Of a stretch of 24,000 nt of DNA, positions 1 through 8,649 are shown piece by piece. Made by a program: the position numbers and the translations under genes. Position 1 is the first letter of the stretch. Each line of letters starts with the position of its first letter. The stretch is from an uncultured bacterium (lineage in GTDB: Bacteria > Omnitrophota > Gorgyraeia > Duberdicusellales > CBEUCJ01), in assembly GCA_965541615.1 (NCBI GenBank), contig CBEUCJ010000003.1:107830-131829 (forward strand). The letters are read 5' to 3'. Under the pieces are notes generated by a model. The model was not told the DNA's origin and did not search any database. It saw only the letters and a list, made by a program, of their open reading frames with translations.

Positions 1-829
1 TATAGTCTTGATATTTAAAGAGTTCAGCATCACATTTTTTAGCTCTATGTGAAATCTGTATTCCTTCCTTCTTCAACAATTCTATAGTAAGAGTAGAGGC
101 ACCTGCTCCTTCAAAAGCATAAAGACCACAAGAATCTACTTTTATATTACTTCTACCATATTTTTTTAAAAGATATTCACACATTACAGACCTGCAAGAA
201 TTTCCTGTACACACAAAAAGAACATTTTTGGTATCTTTAACTTTTTGAATATCTTCTTTTTTAATAGGACCTTCTCTCAAAATCTCAAATTCTTTATCTT
301 TTACAAAACACACAGTAGAAGCTATACCTATTTGAGGAACCCCAGATTCCACAATTATCTCTACATCTTTACCAAAAACCTCTTCAATCTTAGCAATATC
401 TGTTAAAGGTGCTTGACCTGAAATATTTACAGAAGTAAGAGCTACTGGCTTTGAAAATCTTTCTAAAATTTTTAAAGTAACTTTATCCTTTGGCATCCTA
501 AAAGCTAAGTTTTTTTCATCATCTATTTTGAATACTAATGTTAAAGGACCTGGTAGAAACTCTCTTATTAATTTATATCCCAAAGTGGGCAATGGAAATA
601 AAAATTCTTCAATTTGAGATTTATCAAAGACTGCTACTGGAAAAGGTTTATTTTCAGGCCTCTTTTTTATCTCTGTTAACTTCTTTTTAGCAGATTCATT
701 ATAAAAATCACAACCAAAACCGTAAACTGTCTCTGTGGGTAAAACTACAATTTTTCCTTCTTTTAAGATTGAAACTACTCTTTCTATTTTCTCTTGCTCT
801 AATTCTGAAATTTTTAATATTTTACTCAT
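1..829 (-). CDS. Fusion: threonylcarbamoyl-AMP synthase (TsaC/Sua5/YrdC domain) + low-molecular-weight protein (tyrosine/arginine) phosphatase domain, C-terminus cut by window edge
   Basis: Manual reverse-strand translation from ATG at 829 stays open to the window edge: MSKILKISELEQEKIERVVSILKEGKIVVLPTETVYGFGC...KRPENKPFPVAV...PGPLTLVF...RMP...ALTSVNISGQAP... (YrdC motifs), then ...NVLFVCTGNSCRSVMCEYLLKKY... (CX5R phosphatase loop at about 211-191). Start overlaps the purE stop (ATGAGTAA). Absent from the supplied ORF track because it runs off the edge. Confidence 0.88.
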   Translation of the reverse strand, partial: MSKILKISELEQEKIERVVSILKEGKIVVLPTETVYGFGCDFYNESAKKKLTEIKKRPENKPFPVAVFDKSQIEEFLFPLPTLGYKLIREFLPGPLTLVFKIDDEKNLAFRMPKDKVTLKILERFSKPVALTSVNISGQAPLTDIAKIEEVFGKDVEIIVESGVPQIGIASTVCFVKDKEFEILREGPIKKEDIQKVKDTKNVLFVCTGNSCRSVMCEYLLKKYGRSNIKVDSCGLYAFEGAGASTLTIELLKKEGIQISHRAKKCDAELFKYQDY

Positions 830-1304
830 TTATTTTAGTGTTTTGTTTGGCAACCTCTTTCTCAATCTCTTTCTTGAAATTATTAAGCTTTTCTTTAAGA
901 GAAGAATTATTTAAAGCTAAGATTTTTAAAGCACAATATCCTGCATTTAAAGCTCCGTCTTTGCCTATACCACTGGTTACCACTCCTGTATTTTTAGGTA
1001 ATTGAGCAATACTTAGTAAAGAATCTAAACCATCTAAAAAATCACTCTTTAAAGGAACTCCTATCACAGGAAGATCAGTTAAAGCAGATATTACCCCAGG
1101 CAATGCTGCAGACTTACCAGCAAAAGCAATGAATAACTTTACTTCTTTTTCAGCTTTCTTTACATACTTTTCTAAAAGTTTTAAAGACCTATGGCAAGAT
1201 AAAACTTTTACTTCACATTCTACTCCAAATTTTTCCAAAAATTCTTTACATTTAAAGACTACTTCCTTATCAGAGATACTTCCCATTACCAAACTTACTT
1301 TCAT
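822..1304 (-). CDS. purE: 5-(carboxyamino)imidazole ribonucleotide mutase / AIR carboxylase catalytic subunit
   Basis: VMGSISDKEV...SCHRS...AFAGKSAALPGVISALTDLPVIGVP...GLDSLLSIAQLP...ALNAGYCALKIL; located in a pur operon. Confidence 0.9.
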   Translation of the reverse strand: MKVSLVMGSISDKEVVFKCKEFLEKFGVECEVKVLSCHRSLKLLEKYVKKAEKEVKLFIAFAGKSAALPGVISALTDLPVIGVPLKSDFLDGLDSLLSIAQLPKNTGVVTSGIGKDGALNAGYCALKILALNNSSLKEKLNNFKKEIEKEVAKQNTKINE

Positions 1305-1319
1305 AAACTCTCCTCCTTT

Positions 1320-2597
1320 TTATACTTTTTTATCTATTACTTTCTTGGCAATATCTGTTCTGTAATACATATTCTCAAAATAAATTTCTTTTACTGCCCT
1401 GTAAACCTTCTCATAAGTAGATTTAAAATCTTTATCTAAAGCACAAACATTTAGGACTCTTCCTCCATTCGTTAAAAATTTAGAATCAGCTTTTTTTGTG
1501 CCTGCATGAAAGATTATAATGTCTTTTGTATCTTTAAACTTTTCTAACCCTTTAATCTCAAATCCCTTTTCATATTTTAAAGGATAACCTTTTGAAGCTA
1601 AAACTACACAAATACACTTTCTCTCATCCCACCTCATTTTGTAATTCTCTAACTCACCTTTTACAGATTTAATAACTATCTCTAAAAGATCATTATTTAA
1701 TCTGGGTAATATGCTTTGAGTTTCAGGATCTCCAAATCTTACATTAAATTCTAAAACATAAACTCCTAAATTAGTAAGCATTAAACCTGCATATAAAACC
1801 CCTTTAAAAGGCGTTACATCTTTATACATACCTTGCAGTGTCTTTTTTATAATATTTTCTTTTATTTCTTCAAATAATTGTGGTGTAACAAAAGGTGTAG
1901 GTGAATAAGCTCCCATTCCTCCTGTATTAGGACCTTTATCGCCATCATATATTTTTTTATGGTCTTGAGAAGGAGAAAAACAAACAAAATTTTTTCCATC
2001 AGAAACTGCTAAAACACTAAGTTCAGTTCCCTCTAAAAACTCTTCTATTACTACTTTTTTGCCAGCATCTCCAAATATCCTATCTAACATTATTTCTTTT
2101 AAAACTTTCTTTGAAGTCTCCAAATCCTCACATACAACTGAACCCTTTCCTGCACATAAACCATCTGCTTTTATAACTAAAGGATGAGACTCATTCTCTA
2201 TGTATTTAAGAGCTTCTTCATAACTATCAAAAATTCTGAATTTAGGGACCAAAACTTTCCATCTTTTTAACATCTCTTTACAGAAAGCTTTGCTTGCTTC
2301 TAATAAAGCTGCTTCTTTTTTAGGTCCAAATATACATAATTTTTCTTTTTCAAAAATATCTACTATACCTTCAGCTAAAGGAGCTTCAGGACCTACAAGG
2401 GTTAGGTCTATTTTATTATCATACGCAAATCTTACTAATCCTTCTAAATCTAAAGGAGAAATATTTACACATTCTGCATCTTGAGCTATTCCTCCATTTC
2501 CTGGAGCACACCAAATTTTTTTAACAGATTTAGATTTTTTAAGTTTCCATACCAAACAATGTTCTCTTCCTCCACCTCCTATTACAAAGACTTTCAT
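1320..2597 (-). CDS. purD: Phosphoribosylamine--glycine ligase (GARS)
   Basis: MKVFVIGGGGREHCLVWKL...GPEAPLAEGIVD...KADGLCAGKGS...GGMGAYSP...EFNVRFGDPETQ. Confidence 0.97.
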   Translation of the reverse strand: MKVFVIGGGGREHCLVWKLKKSKSVKKIWCAPGNGGIAQDAECVNISPLDLEGLVRFAYDNKIDLTLVGPEAPLAEGIVDIFEKEKLCIFGPKKEAALLEASKAFCKEMLKRWKVLVPKFRIFDSYEEALKYIENESHPLVIKADGLCAGKGSVVCEDLETSKKVLKEIMLDRIFGDAGKKVVIEEFLEGTELSVLAVSDGKNFVCFSPSQDHKKIYDGDKGPNTGGMGAYSPTPFVTPQLFEEIKENIIKKTLQGMYKDVTPFKGVLYAGLMLTNLGVYVLEFNVRFGDPETQSILPRLNNDLLEIVIKSVKGELENYKMRWDERKCICVVLASKGYPLKYEKGFEIKGLEKFKDTKDIIIFHAGTKKADSKFLTNGGRVLNVCALDKDFKSTYEKVYRAVKEIYFENMYYRTDIAKKVIDKKV

Positions 2598-2616
2598 AAA
2601 AGACCCGACCTCCTTT

Positions 2617-3591
2617 TTATCTTAGTATAACTTCTTTTGCTTTTATTACCTCTCCTATTACATAACAATCTAAATTTATATTTTTAAAAAATTTAAATAT
2701 ATCTTTTACTGATTTTTGGCTTACAATCAAAATGAAACCTATTCCCATATTAAAAACTCTGTACATTTCTTTGTCTTCAATTTTTCCTTTTTCCTGAATC
2801 ATCTTAAATATTTTAGGAACAGGCCAATTTTTTTTATAAAAAACAAAACTTAAACCTTCTGGTAACACTTTTGGAGCTTTAATTAAAAAAGCTCCTCCTG
2901 TAATATGGGCTAAGCCTTTTATCTTTTTTTTAAATTTTCTGAGAGCTGCTAAAACTTCTTTAACATATATTCTGGTGGGTGTAAGTAATTCTTTTTTATA
3001 TTTTAAGATTTCAGGTTTAGTAAAAACTTTTCTTACTAAAGAAAAACCATTTGAATGTAAACCAGATGACTTTAATCCCAAAACTAAATCTCCTTCTTTT
3101 ATATTAGAAGGTGAAACCAAATCTTTCTTTTTTACCAATCCTACACAAAACCCTGCTAAATCATACTCACCTTTTTTGTAAACCCCTGGCATCTCAGCAG
3201 TCTCTCCTCCTGCTAAAATACACGTAGCTTCTTTACAACCTGTAACTATCCCTCTCATAATTTCTTTTAAAACTTTGAGTTCTACTTTATTAAAAGCTAT
3301 ATAATCTAAAAATACACAAGGCTTTGCTCCTGTACAGATAATATCATTAACATTCATAGCTACTAAATCTATACCTATTGGATAATGTATGTTTAACTCT
3401 TGAGCTATTTTTATTTTTGTTCCTACTCCATCACAACTCAAAACCAAAAAAGTATTTTTATTTAAAGGAAAAAGAGAGGCAAAAGCTCTAAAAGGATTTT
3501 TAAAACTCACTTCTTTTGAAATTTTTTTGATCTCTTTTAAAAATCTTTCTGCTTTATTTAAATCCACTCCTGCTTTTTTATAAGTAATCAT
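2617..3591 (-). CDS. purM: Phosphoribosylformylglycinamidine cyclo-ligase (AIR synthetase)
   Basis: DGVGTKIKIA...DLVAMNVNDIICTGAKPCVFLDYIA...GGETAEMPG...LKSSGLHSNGFSLVRKVF...AHITGGAF. Confidence 0.97.
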   Translation of the reverse strand: MITYKKAGVDLNKAERFLKEIKKISKEVSFKNPFRAFASLFPLNKNTFLVLSCDGVGTKIKIAQELNIHYPIGIDLVAMNVNDIICTGAKPCVFLDYIAFNKVELKVLKEIMRGIVTGCKEATCILAGGETAEMPGVYKKGEYDLAGFCVGLVKKKDLVSPSNIKEGDLVLGLKSSGLHSNGFSLVRKVFTKPEILKYKKELLTPTRIYVKEVLAALRKFKKKIKGLAHITGGAFLIKAPKVLPEGLSFVFYKKNWPVPKIFKMIQEKGKIEDKEMYRVFNMGIGFILIVSQKSVKDIFKFFKNINLDCYVIGEVIKAKEVILR

Positions 3592-4988
3592 CTTTCCAAT
3601 AGAAATTTATCTGCAGATTTAAATTTAACAGGATAATTTCCTGTAAAACAAGCAACACAATAATCTTCCTTTCTAAATTTCACGCAAGACAACATACCTT
3701 CTAAACTCAAATAACCTAAAGTATCTACATCTAAAAACTTCCTTATCTCTTCTAAAGAACAGTTGTTAGCTATTAGTTCTTTCTGTGAAGGAAAATCTAT
3801 TCCATAAAAACAGGGAAACTTATGAGGAGGACAAGAGATTCTTAGATGGACTTCTTTTGCTCCCAATTCTCTGAATTGTTTTATTCTCTTTTTAGAAGTA
3901 GTCCCTCTTACAATAGAATCGTCTACAATTACTACTCTTTTACCTTTTATTACCTCTTTTAAAATATTGAACTTAACTCTTACCCCTAAATCTCTTATTT
4001 TTTGATGAGGCTGAATAAAAGTCCTTCCTACATAATGATTTCTAATAATTCCGATTTCTAAAGGAATCTTTGAAAAATGACTAAAACCTAAAGCTGCTGA
4101 ATTTCCTGAATCTGGAACTCCTATCACAAAATCTGCTTCTACTGGATGCTCAAAAGCTAACCTCTCTCCTAACTTTTGTCTTACCAAATGCACTGTTTCT
4201 CCAAAGATTACAGAATCTGGTCTTGCAAAGTATATGTGTTCAAATATACAAAAAGCTTTTCTTTTAGTCTCTTTAAAAGGTTTATAAGAATGCAAACCAT
4301 CTTTATCTATTACTACTATCTCACCAGGTAGAACTTCTCTTATGAAATCTGCCTCTATTAAATCTAAAGCACATGTTTCTGAAGCTAAACACAGACTTGA
4401 ATCTTTTTTGCCAATACAAAGAGGTCTAAAACCTAAAGGGTCTCTTACACCTATTATCCTCTTTTCATCCATCAATAACAAAGAATAAGCTCCTTTAACT
4501 TTACTTAAAGCATAAATCAACTTCTCTATTAAATCGTGTTTCTTGCATCTTAACATTAAATGAAGGATTATTTCTGAATCTGAACTCGTCTGAAAAATTG
4601 CTCCTTGAGATTCTAACTTTTCTCTTAATTCCAAAGAATTTACTAAATTTCCATTATGAGCTATAGCTAAACTCCCTTTTAGATAATCTACAAATAAAGG
4701 TTGAGCGTTTCTAATGTGTGAAGAGCCTGTTGTAGAATATCTTACATGACCTATAGCAAAATGACCTTTAAGATTTTTAAGATTCTCTTCATTGAATACA
4801 TCAGAAACCAAACCCATTCCTTTATGGACAAAAAATCTTTTCCCATCACAAGATACTATTCCACAAGACTCTTCGCCTCTATGCTGAAGAGCATAAAGCC
4901 CTAAAAAAGTAAGGTAACTTGCATTATCTATTCCATAAATTCCAAAAAGACCACAATACTCTTTAGGATAGTAAAGCATCTTTGACAA
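3588..4988 (-). CDS. purF: Amidophosphoribosyltransferase, short propeptide, 4Fe-4S type
   Basis: YCGLFGIYG (N-terminal Cys nucleophile), LQHRGEESCGI, FIQPHQKIRDLGVRVKFN, VVIVDDSIVRGTT; Cys residues in CIFEHIYFARPDS, CPPHKFPC and YCVAC match the Fe-S ligand regions of Bacillus-type PurF. Confidence 0.96.
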   Translation of the reverse strand: MSKMLYYPKEYCGLFGIYGIDNASYLTFLGLYALQHRGEESCGIVSCDGKRFFVHKGMGLVSDVFNEENLKNLKGHFAIGHVRYSTTGSSHIRNAQPLFVDYLKGSLAIAHNGNLVNSLELREKLESQGAIFQTSSDSEIILHLMLRCKKHDLIEKLIYALSKVKGAYSLLLMDEKRIIGVRDPLGFRPLCIGKKDSSLCLASETCALDLIEADFIREVLPGEIVVIDKDGLHSYKPFKETKRKAFCIFEHIYFARPDSVIFGETVHLVRQKLGERLAFEHPVEADFVIGVPDSGNSAALGFSHFSKIPLEIGIIRNHYVGRTFIQPHQKIRDLGVRVKFNILKEVIKGKRVVIVDDSIVRGTTSKKRIKQFRELGAKEVHLRISCPPHKFPCFYGIDFPSQKELIANNCSLEEIRKFLDVDTLGYLSLEGMLSCVKFRKEDYCVACFTGNYPVKFKSADKFLLER

Positions 4989-5739
4989 ATTTTACTCCGT
5001 TTTTAAAGATTAATAAACCTGGTTCTTCTTTTATCTCTCTTTTTTCAATCCAAAAAGGAGACTGCAAACTAAAACTGTATCTTTCTGGATGAGGCATTAA
5101 ACCTAAGATTTTGCCCTCTCTATCAGTAATTCCTGCAATGTTAAGTATAGAACCATTAGGATTTGCATCTGGAGTTATTTCTCCATTGACATCAGCATAC
5201 TGAAAGACGATTTGAGATTGTATTTGAGAAATAACTTCTTTTTCTGCGCAAAACCTTCCTTCAGCATGAGCTATGGGCAAAGAAATTATTTGAGGTAAAT
5301 CCTTTGTCCAGATGCAATTAGTTTTATTCACTTTTAAATACACCCAAGTATCAATAAACCTTGCACAGGTATTTAAAACTAAACTTACCTTTTGCTCAGA
5401 AAAAGGATAAAAAGGCAATATTCCTGCTTTTACTAAAACTTGAAAACCATTGCATATTCCCAAAATAAGTTTTCCATCATCATAAAATTTTTTAAGATCT
5501 TTGCCTATTAGATATTTTATCTGATTAGCCAATATTCTGCCTGCAGAGATATCATCTCCATAAGTGAATCCTCCAGGAATACAAAGAATATGATAGTTAT
5601 GTAAGAGTTTAGGATTCTCAATTAATCTTTTAATAGACACAAATTCAGATTCAGCTCCTACATAATCAAAACAAAATTTAGTCTCTTTATCACAGTTTGT
5701 GCCAGGTGCTACAAGGATTAAAACCTTAGGTCTTTTCAT
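4963..5739 (-). CDS. purQ: Phosphoribosylformylglycinamidine synthase glutaminase subunit
   Basis: Class I GATase: PGGFTYGDDISAGRI, GICNGFQVLVKAG (Cys nucleophile), IAHAEGRF, GLMPHPERY; next to purL. Confidence 0.94.
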   Translation of the reverse strand: MKRPKVLILVAPGTNCDKETKFCFDYVGAESEFVSIKRLIENPKLLHNYHILCIPGGFTYGDDISAGRILANQIKYLIGKDLKKFYDDGKLILGICNGFQVLVKAGILPFYPFSEQKVSLVLNTCARFIDTWVYLKVNKTNCIWTKDLPQIISLPIAHAEGRFCAEKEVISQIQSQIVFQYADVNGEITPDANPNGSILNIAGITDREGKILGLMPHPERYSFSLQSPFWIEKREIKEEPGLLIFKNGVKFVKDALLS

Positions 5740-5742
5740 CCT

Positions 5743-8649
5743 TTAAAAATCTTTAAAAGCTTTCTGCCAGGCAGATTCTAATTCTTTGATATCTAAGTCT
5801 ATAATTAATTTTTTATCTAATCCATAAATTTTTAATCTTTTAGAGTCATCTATAAAACCTATCTTTTTGCAAGGTAAATCTTTAAATAATTCTTTGAATT
5901 CAGATTCTGCCTTAAAGTTTACCTCTACTAAAATTCTGGAAGCTGATTCTGAGAAAAGAACTACAAAATCTTTTAATTCTTCTTTCTTTATATCTACTGG
6001 CACTTTGTCTAAAAAAATCGTGCATCCAAAATCAGTACCAAAACACATCTCAGTTAAAGCTACTGCTAATCCTCCTTCTGATAAATCATGACAAGCACAT
6101 ACTAAATCTTTTTGAATAGCCAAAAATAACTTTTCATAAATCTTTTTGGCGAGCTCTGCACAGGGTTTGGGAACATTTTTTCCAATAAAACCTCTTATTC
6201 TGTAGAATTCTGAAGCTCCTAATTCATTCTTTGTAAGACCTAACAAATAAATCAGATTATCTTTTCTTTTAAAATCACTAGATACCACCTTCCTTACATC
6301 TTCTAAAATACCTAATCCACTTATCAAAAGTGTTCCAGGAATAGTTATTCTTAACTCTTCTGATTTATATTCGTTGTTTAAACTGTCCTTTCCAGAGATA
6401 AAAGGAGTCTGCATCTTTAAAGCATAAGTATAGCACCCTTTACAAGCTCTTACCAAATCTCCTAATATTAGAGGGTCAGCAGGACTTGCCCAGCTAAAAT
6501 TATCTAACAAAAATATCTTAGCAGGATCTGTTCCCACACAGACTAAATTTCTAATAGCTTCATCTATTGCGTTTTGAGCCATATAGTAAGGGTCTATATC
6601 TGAATAAAAGGGATTTATTCCACAAGAGAGTGCTATTCCTTTCCAAGAGTCTAAAGAAATTCTGATCACTGAAGAATCTTGTGGAGATTTAAATATTTTC
6701 ATCAGAGGCTTTAAAACACTTAAGGCTTTTACTTCGTGATCATATTGAGAGATTATCTTTTCTTTTGAGGCTATGTTAAATGAACTCAGGAGTTTCAACA
6801 ACTCTTGATTATAATCTAAATCTTCTGGTATTTGAGGTTCTGGAAACTCTCTTTTTTTAAAGATAGCTTTCAGATGTTTTTTGGGTCTTTTTTCATATAA
6901 AAACTCTGTATCTAACTCACAGACTTTTTCTCCTTTATAAAAAAGTTCTACTTTTTTGGTGTTAGTTACTTCTCCTATTACAGTTAACTCCACAGATTCA
7001 GCTTCAAATATCTTTTTTAACTCCTCCAGATCTTTAGGAGAAACGATTATTATCATTCTTTCTTGAGATTCAGATATCCAGATTTCAGTGTAAGATAAAC
7101 CTTTATATTTTAAAGGGACTTTTTCTAAATAGACTCTGCAACCTGTGTGTTGAGTTGTTTCGCCCACTGCACTCGATAACCCCCCTCCTCCACAATCAGT
7201 TATACTTTTTATCAAACCTCTATCTCTTGCAGTCAAAATAGCTTGAGTAAGCTTTTTTTCCTCAATAGGATTTCCTATTTGAACTGCACCTTGAGAAATC
7301 CTAAAAGAATCTGTATCTAAAGTATCTGAAGAAAAGGTAGCTCCATGAATGCCATCTCTTCCAGTTCTGCCCCCAACCAAAACTATTAGATCTCCTTCAT
7401 CTACTTTTTTTTGTACAAATTTTTTTGGTATTAATCCTACACATCCACAATAGACCAATGGATTTGCTGTAAATCTTTTATCGAATAAAACTGCTCCTGA
7501 AATGGTAGGGATTCCCATTCTATTTCCATAGTCTCTTACACCACTTACCACTCCTTTCATTATTCTTTTAGGGTGTAAAACTCCTTTTGGCAGTTCTTTA
7601 AAATCTGTGTTAGGTAAACCAAAGCAAAAAACATCTGTTAAAGCTACTGGTTCTGCACCACAACCTGCACCTAAAATATCTCTTATTACTCCTCCAATAC
7701 CAGTTGAAGCTCCTCCATAAGGTTCTAAACTTGAAGGATGATTGTGAGTCTCTACTTTAAAACATACACACAGATTTTCATCTATACTTACAATACCTGC
7801 ATTATCTTTAAATACACTTACGCACTCAGGTTTATTTAAAGTAGAGGTGACTCTCATTATGTAAGTTTGTAATAAATTGTCTATTATTTCTTTCTTGGGT
7901 TCTGTGATGATCTCTGTATATTCGATTAAACCTTTAAAAGTCTTATGTACACAATGCTCAGACCAAGTTTGAGCTATCATCTCTAATTCACAATCTGTTG
8001 GGTCTCTATTAAGAGTTATAAAGTATTCTTTGATCTTTCTCATCTCTTCTAAATCTAAATTCAATTGAGCTTTTTTACTAAGTTCTAATAATTGTTTATC
8101 TTCTGCTTTTCTTATAGGAACCTTAATTAGTCTAAAATCATACTCAACATTTAAAAACTCTTTAAGGCTCTTTATCTTTTGGGCTTTATCAGATGTTAAT
8201 ATATGCTCTATTAAGGGATTAAAAAGGAGTCTTTCTTTTATAAATTCTAATTCTTTAGAATCCAAATCTCCTTTTAATATATATTTTTTAAAAGTTCTGA
8301 CTTCTAAATCTTTTTTTATTCCTAAATCTTTTATAGCTGTTTTTAAAGATTCGGTCTCTGGGTCTGTTACTCCTGGATTGTAAAATACTCTGAAGATAAA
8401 CTCTCTTTTCTTTTCTTTTTCAAAGAATGGAAATTCGTAAATTTGATAATTTTGAGTTATAGGACATGCCAAAATCTGTGAAGAAATCTGTTCTATTTCT
8501 TTAGAATCTAAATCTCCTTCTATTAGATAACCTTTTTTAAATTCTACTTGTATATCTTTTTTTATTCCTAAGTCTTTTATAGATTCTTTTAAAGAGATAG
8601 CTATTGGGTTCTGATAATCTTTTTCTCCTATCTCTATCTGCCAGAGCAT
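5743..8649 (-). CDS. purL: FGAM synthase with N-terminal tandem PurS-like repeats fused to the PurL synthetase (PurSL fusion)
   Basis: C-terminal ~750 aa is PurL (WSEHCVHKTFKG, VETHNHPSSLEPYGGASTGIGGVIRD, GGRTGRDGIHGATFSS, DLSEGGLAVALTEM). N-terminal ~155 aa holds two PurS-like units sharing IKDLGIKKD and GDLDSKE. Confidence 0.95.
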   Translation of the reverse strand: MLWQIEIGEKDYQNPIAISLKESIKDLGIKKDIQVEFKKGYLIEGDLDSKEIEQISSQILACPITQNYQIYEFPFFEKEKKREFIFRVFYNPGVTDPETESLKTAIKDLGIKKDLEVRTFKKYILKGDLDSKELEFIKERLLFNPLIEHILTSDKAQKIKSLKEFLNVEYDFRLIKVPIRKAEDKQLLELSKKAQLNLDLEEMRKIKEYFITLNRDPTDCELEMIAQTWSEHCVHKTFKGLIEYTEIITEPKKEIIDNLLQTYIMRVTSTLNKPECVSVFKDNAGIVSIDENLCVCFKVETHNHPSSLEPYGGASTGIGGVIRDILGAGCGAEPVALTDVFCFGLPNTDFKELPKGVLHPKRIMKGVVSGVRDYGNRMGIPTISGAVLFDKRFTANPLVYCGCVGLIPKKFVQKKVDEGDLIVLVGGRTGRDGIHGATFSSDTLDTDSFRISQGAVQIGNPIEEKKLTQAILTARDRGLIKSITDCGGGGLSSAVGETTQHTGCRVYLEKVPLKYKGLSYTEIWISESQERMIIIVSPKDLEELKKIFEAESVELTVIGEVTNTKKVELFYKGEKVCELDTEFLYEKRPKKHLKAIFKKREFPEPQIPEDLDYNQELLKLLSSFNIASKEKIISQYDHEVKALSVLKPLMKIFKSPQDSSVIRISLDSWKGIALSCGINPFYSDIDPYYMAQNAIDEAIRNLVCVGTDPAKIFLLDNFSWASPADPLILGDLVRACKGCYTYALKMQTPFISGKDSLNNEYKSEELRITIPGTLLISGLGILEDVRKVVSSDFKRKDNLIYLLGLTKNELGASEFYRIRGFIGKNVPKPCAELAKKIYEKLFLAIQKDLVCACHDLSEGGLAVALTEMCFGTDFGCTIFLDKVPVDIKKEELKDFVVLFSESASRILVEVNFKAESEFKELFKDLPCKKIGFIDDSKRLKIYGLDKKLIIDLDIKELESAWQKAFKDF

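Noticed and set aside
769-831. Apparent 2-nt frameshift near the start of the TsaC-phosphatase ORF
   Set aside because: It came from a transcription slip on first reading. Rechecking against the supplied + strand ORF at 769 (MKLLFLFSLAL...) confirmed the sequence, and the minus frame is continuous from ATG 829.
769-1005. 78-aa + strand ORF
   Set aside because: Antisense to purE and the TsaC fusion; low-complexity hydrophobic translation; no family resemblance.
1129-1365. 78-aa + strand ORF
   Set aside because: Antisense to purE/purD; spurious.
2290-3181. + strand ORFs 2290-2484 and 2975-3181
   Set aside because: Antisense inside purD and purM, which are unambiguous.
5867-6091. 74-aa + strand ORF
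   Set aside because: Antisense inside purL.
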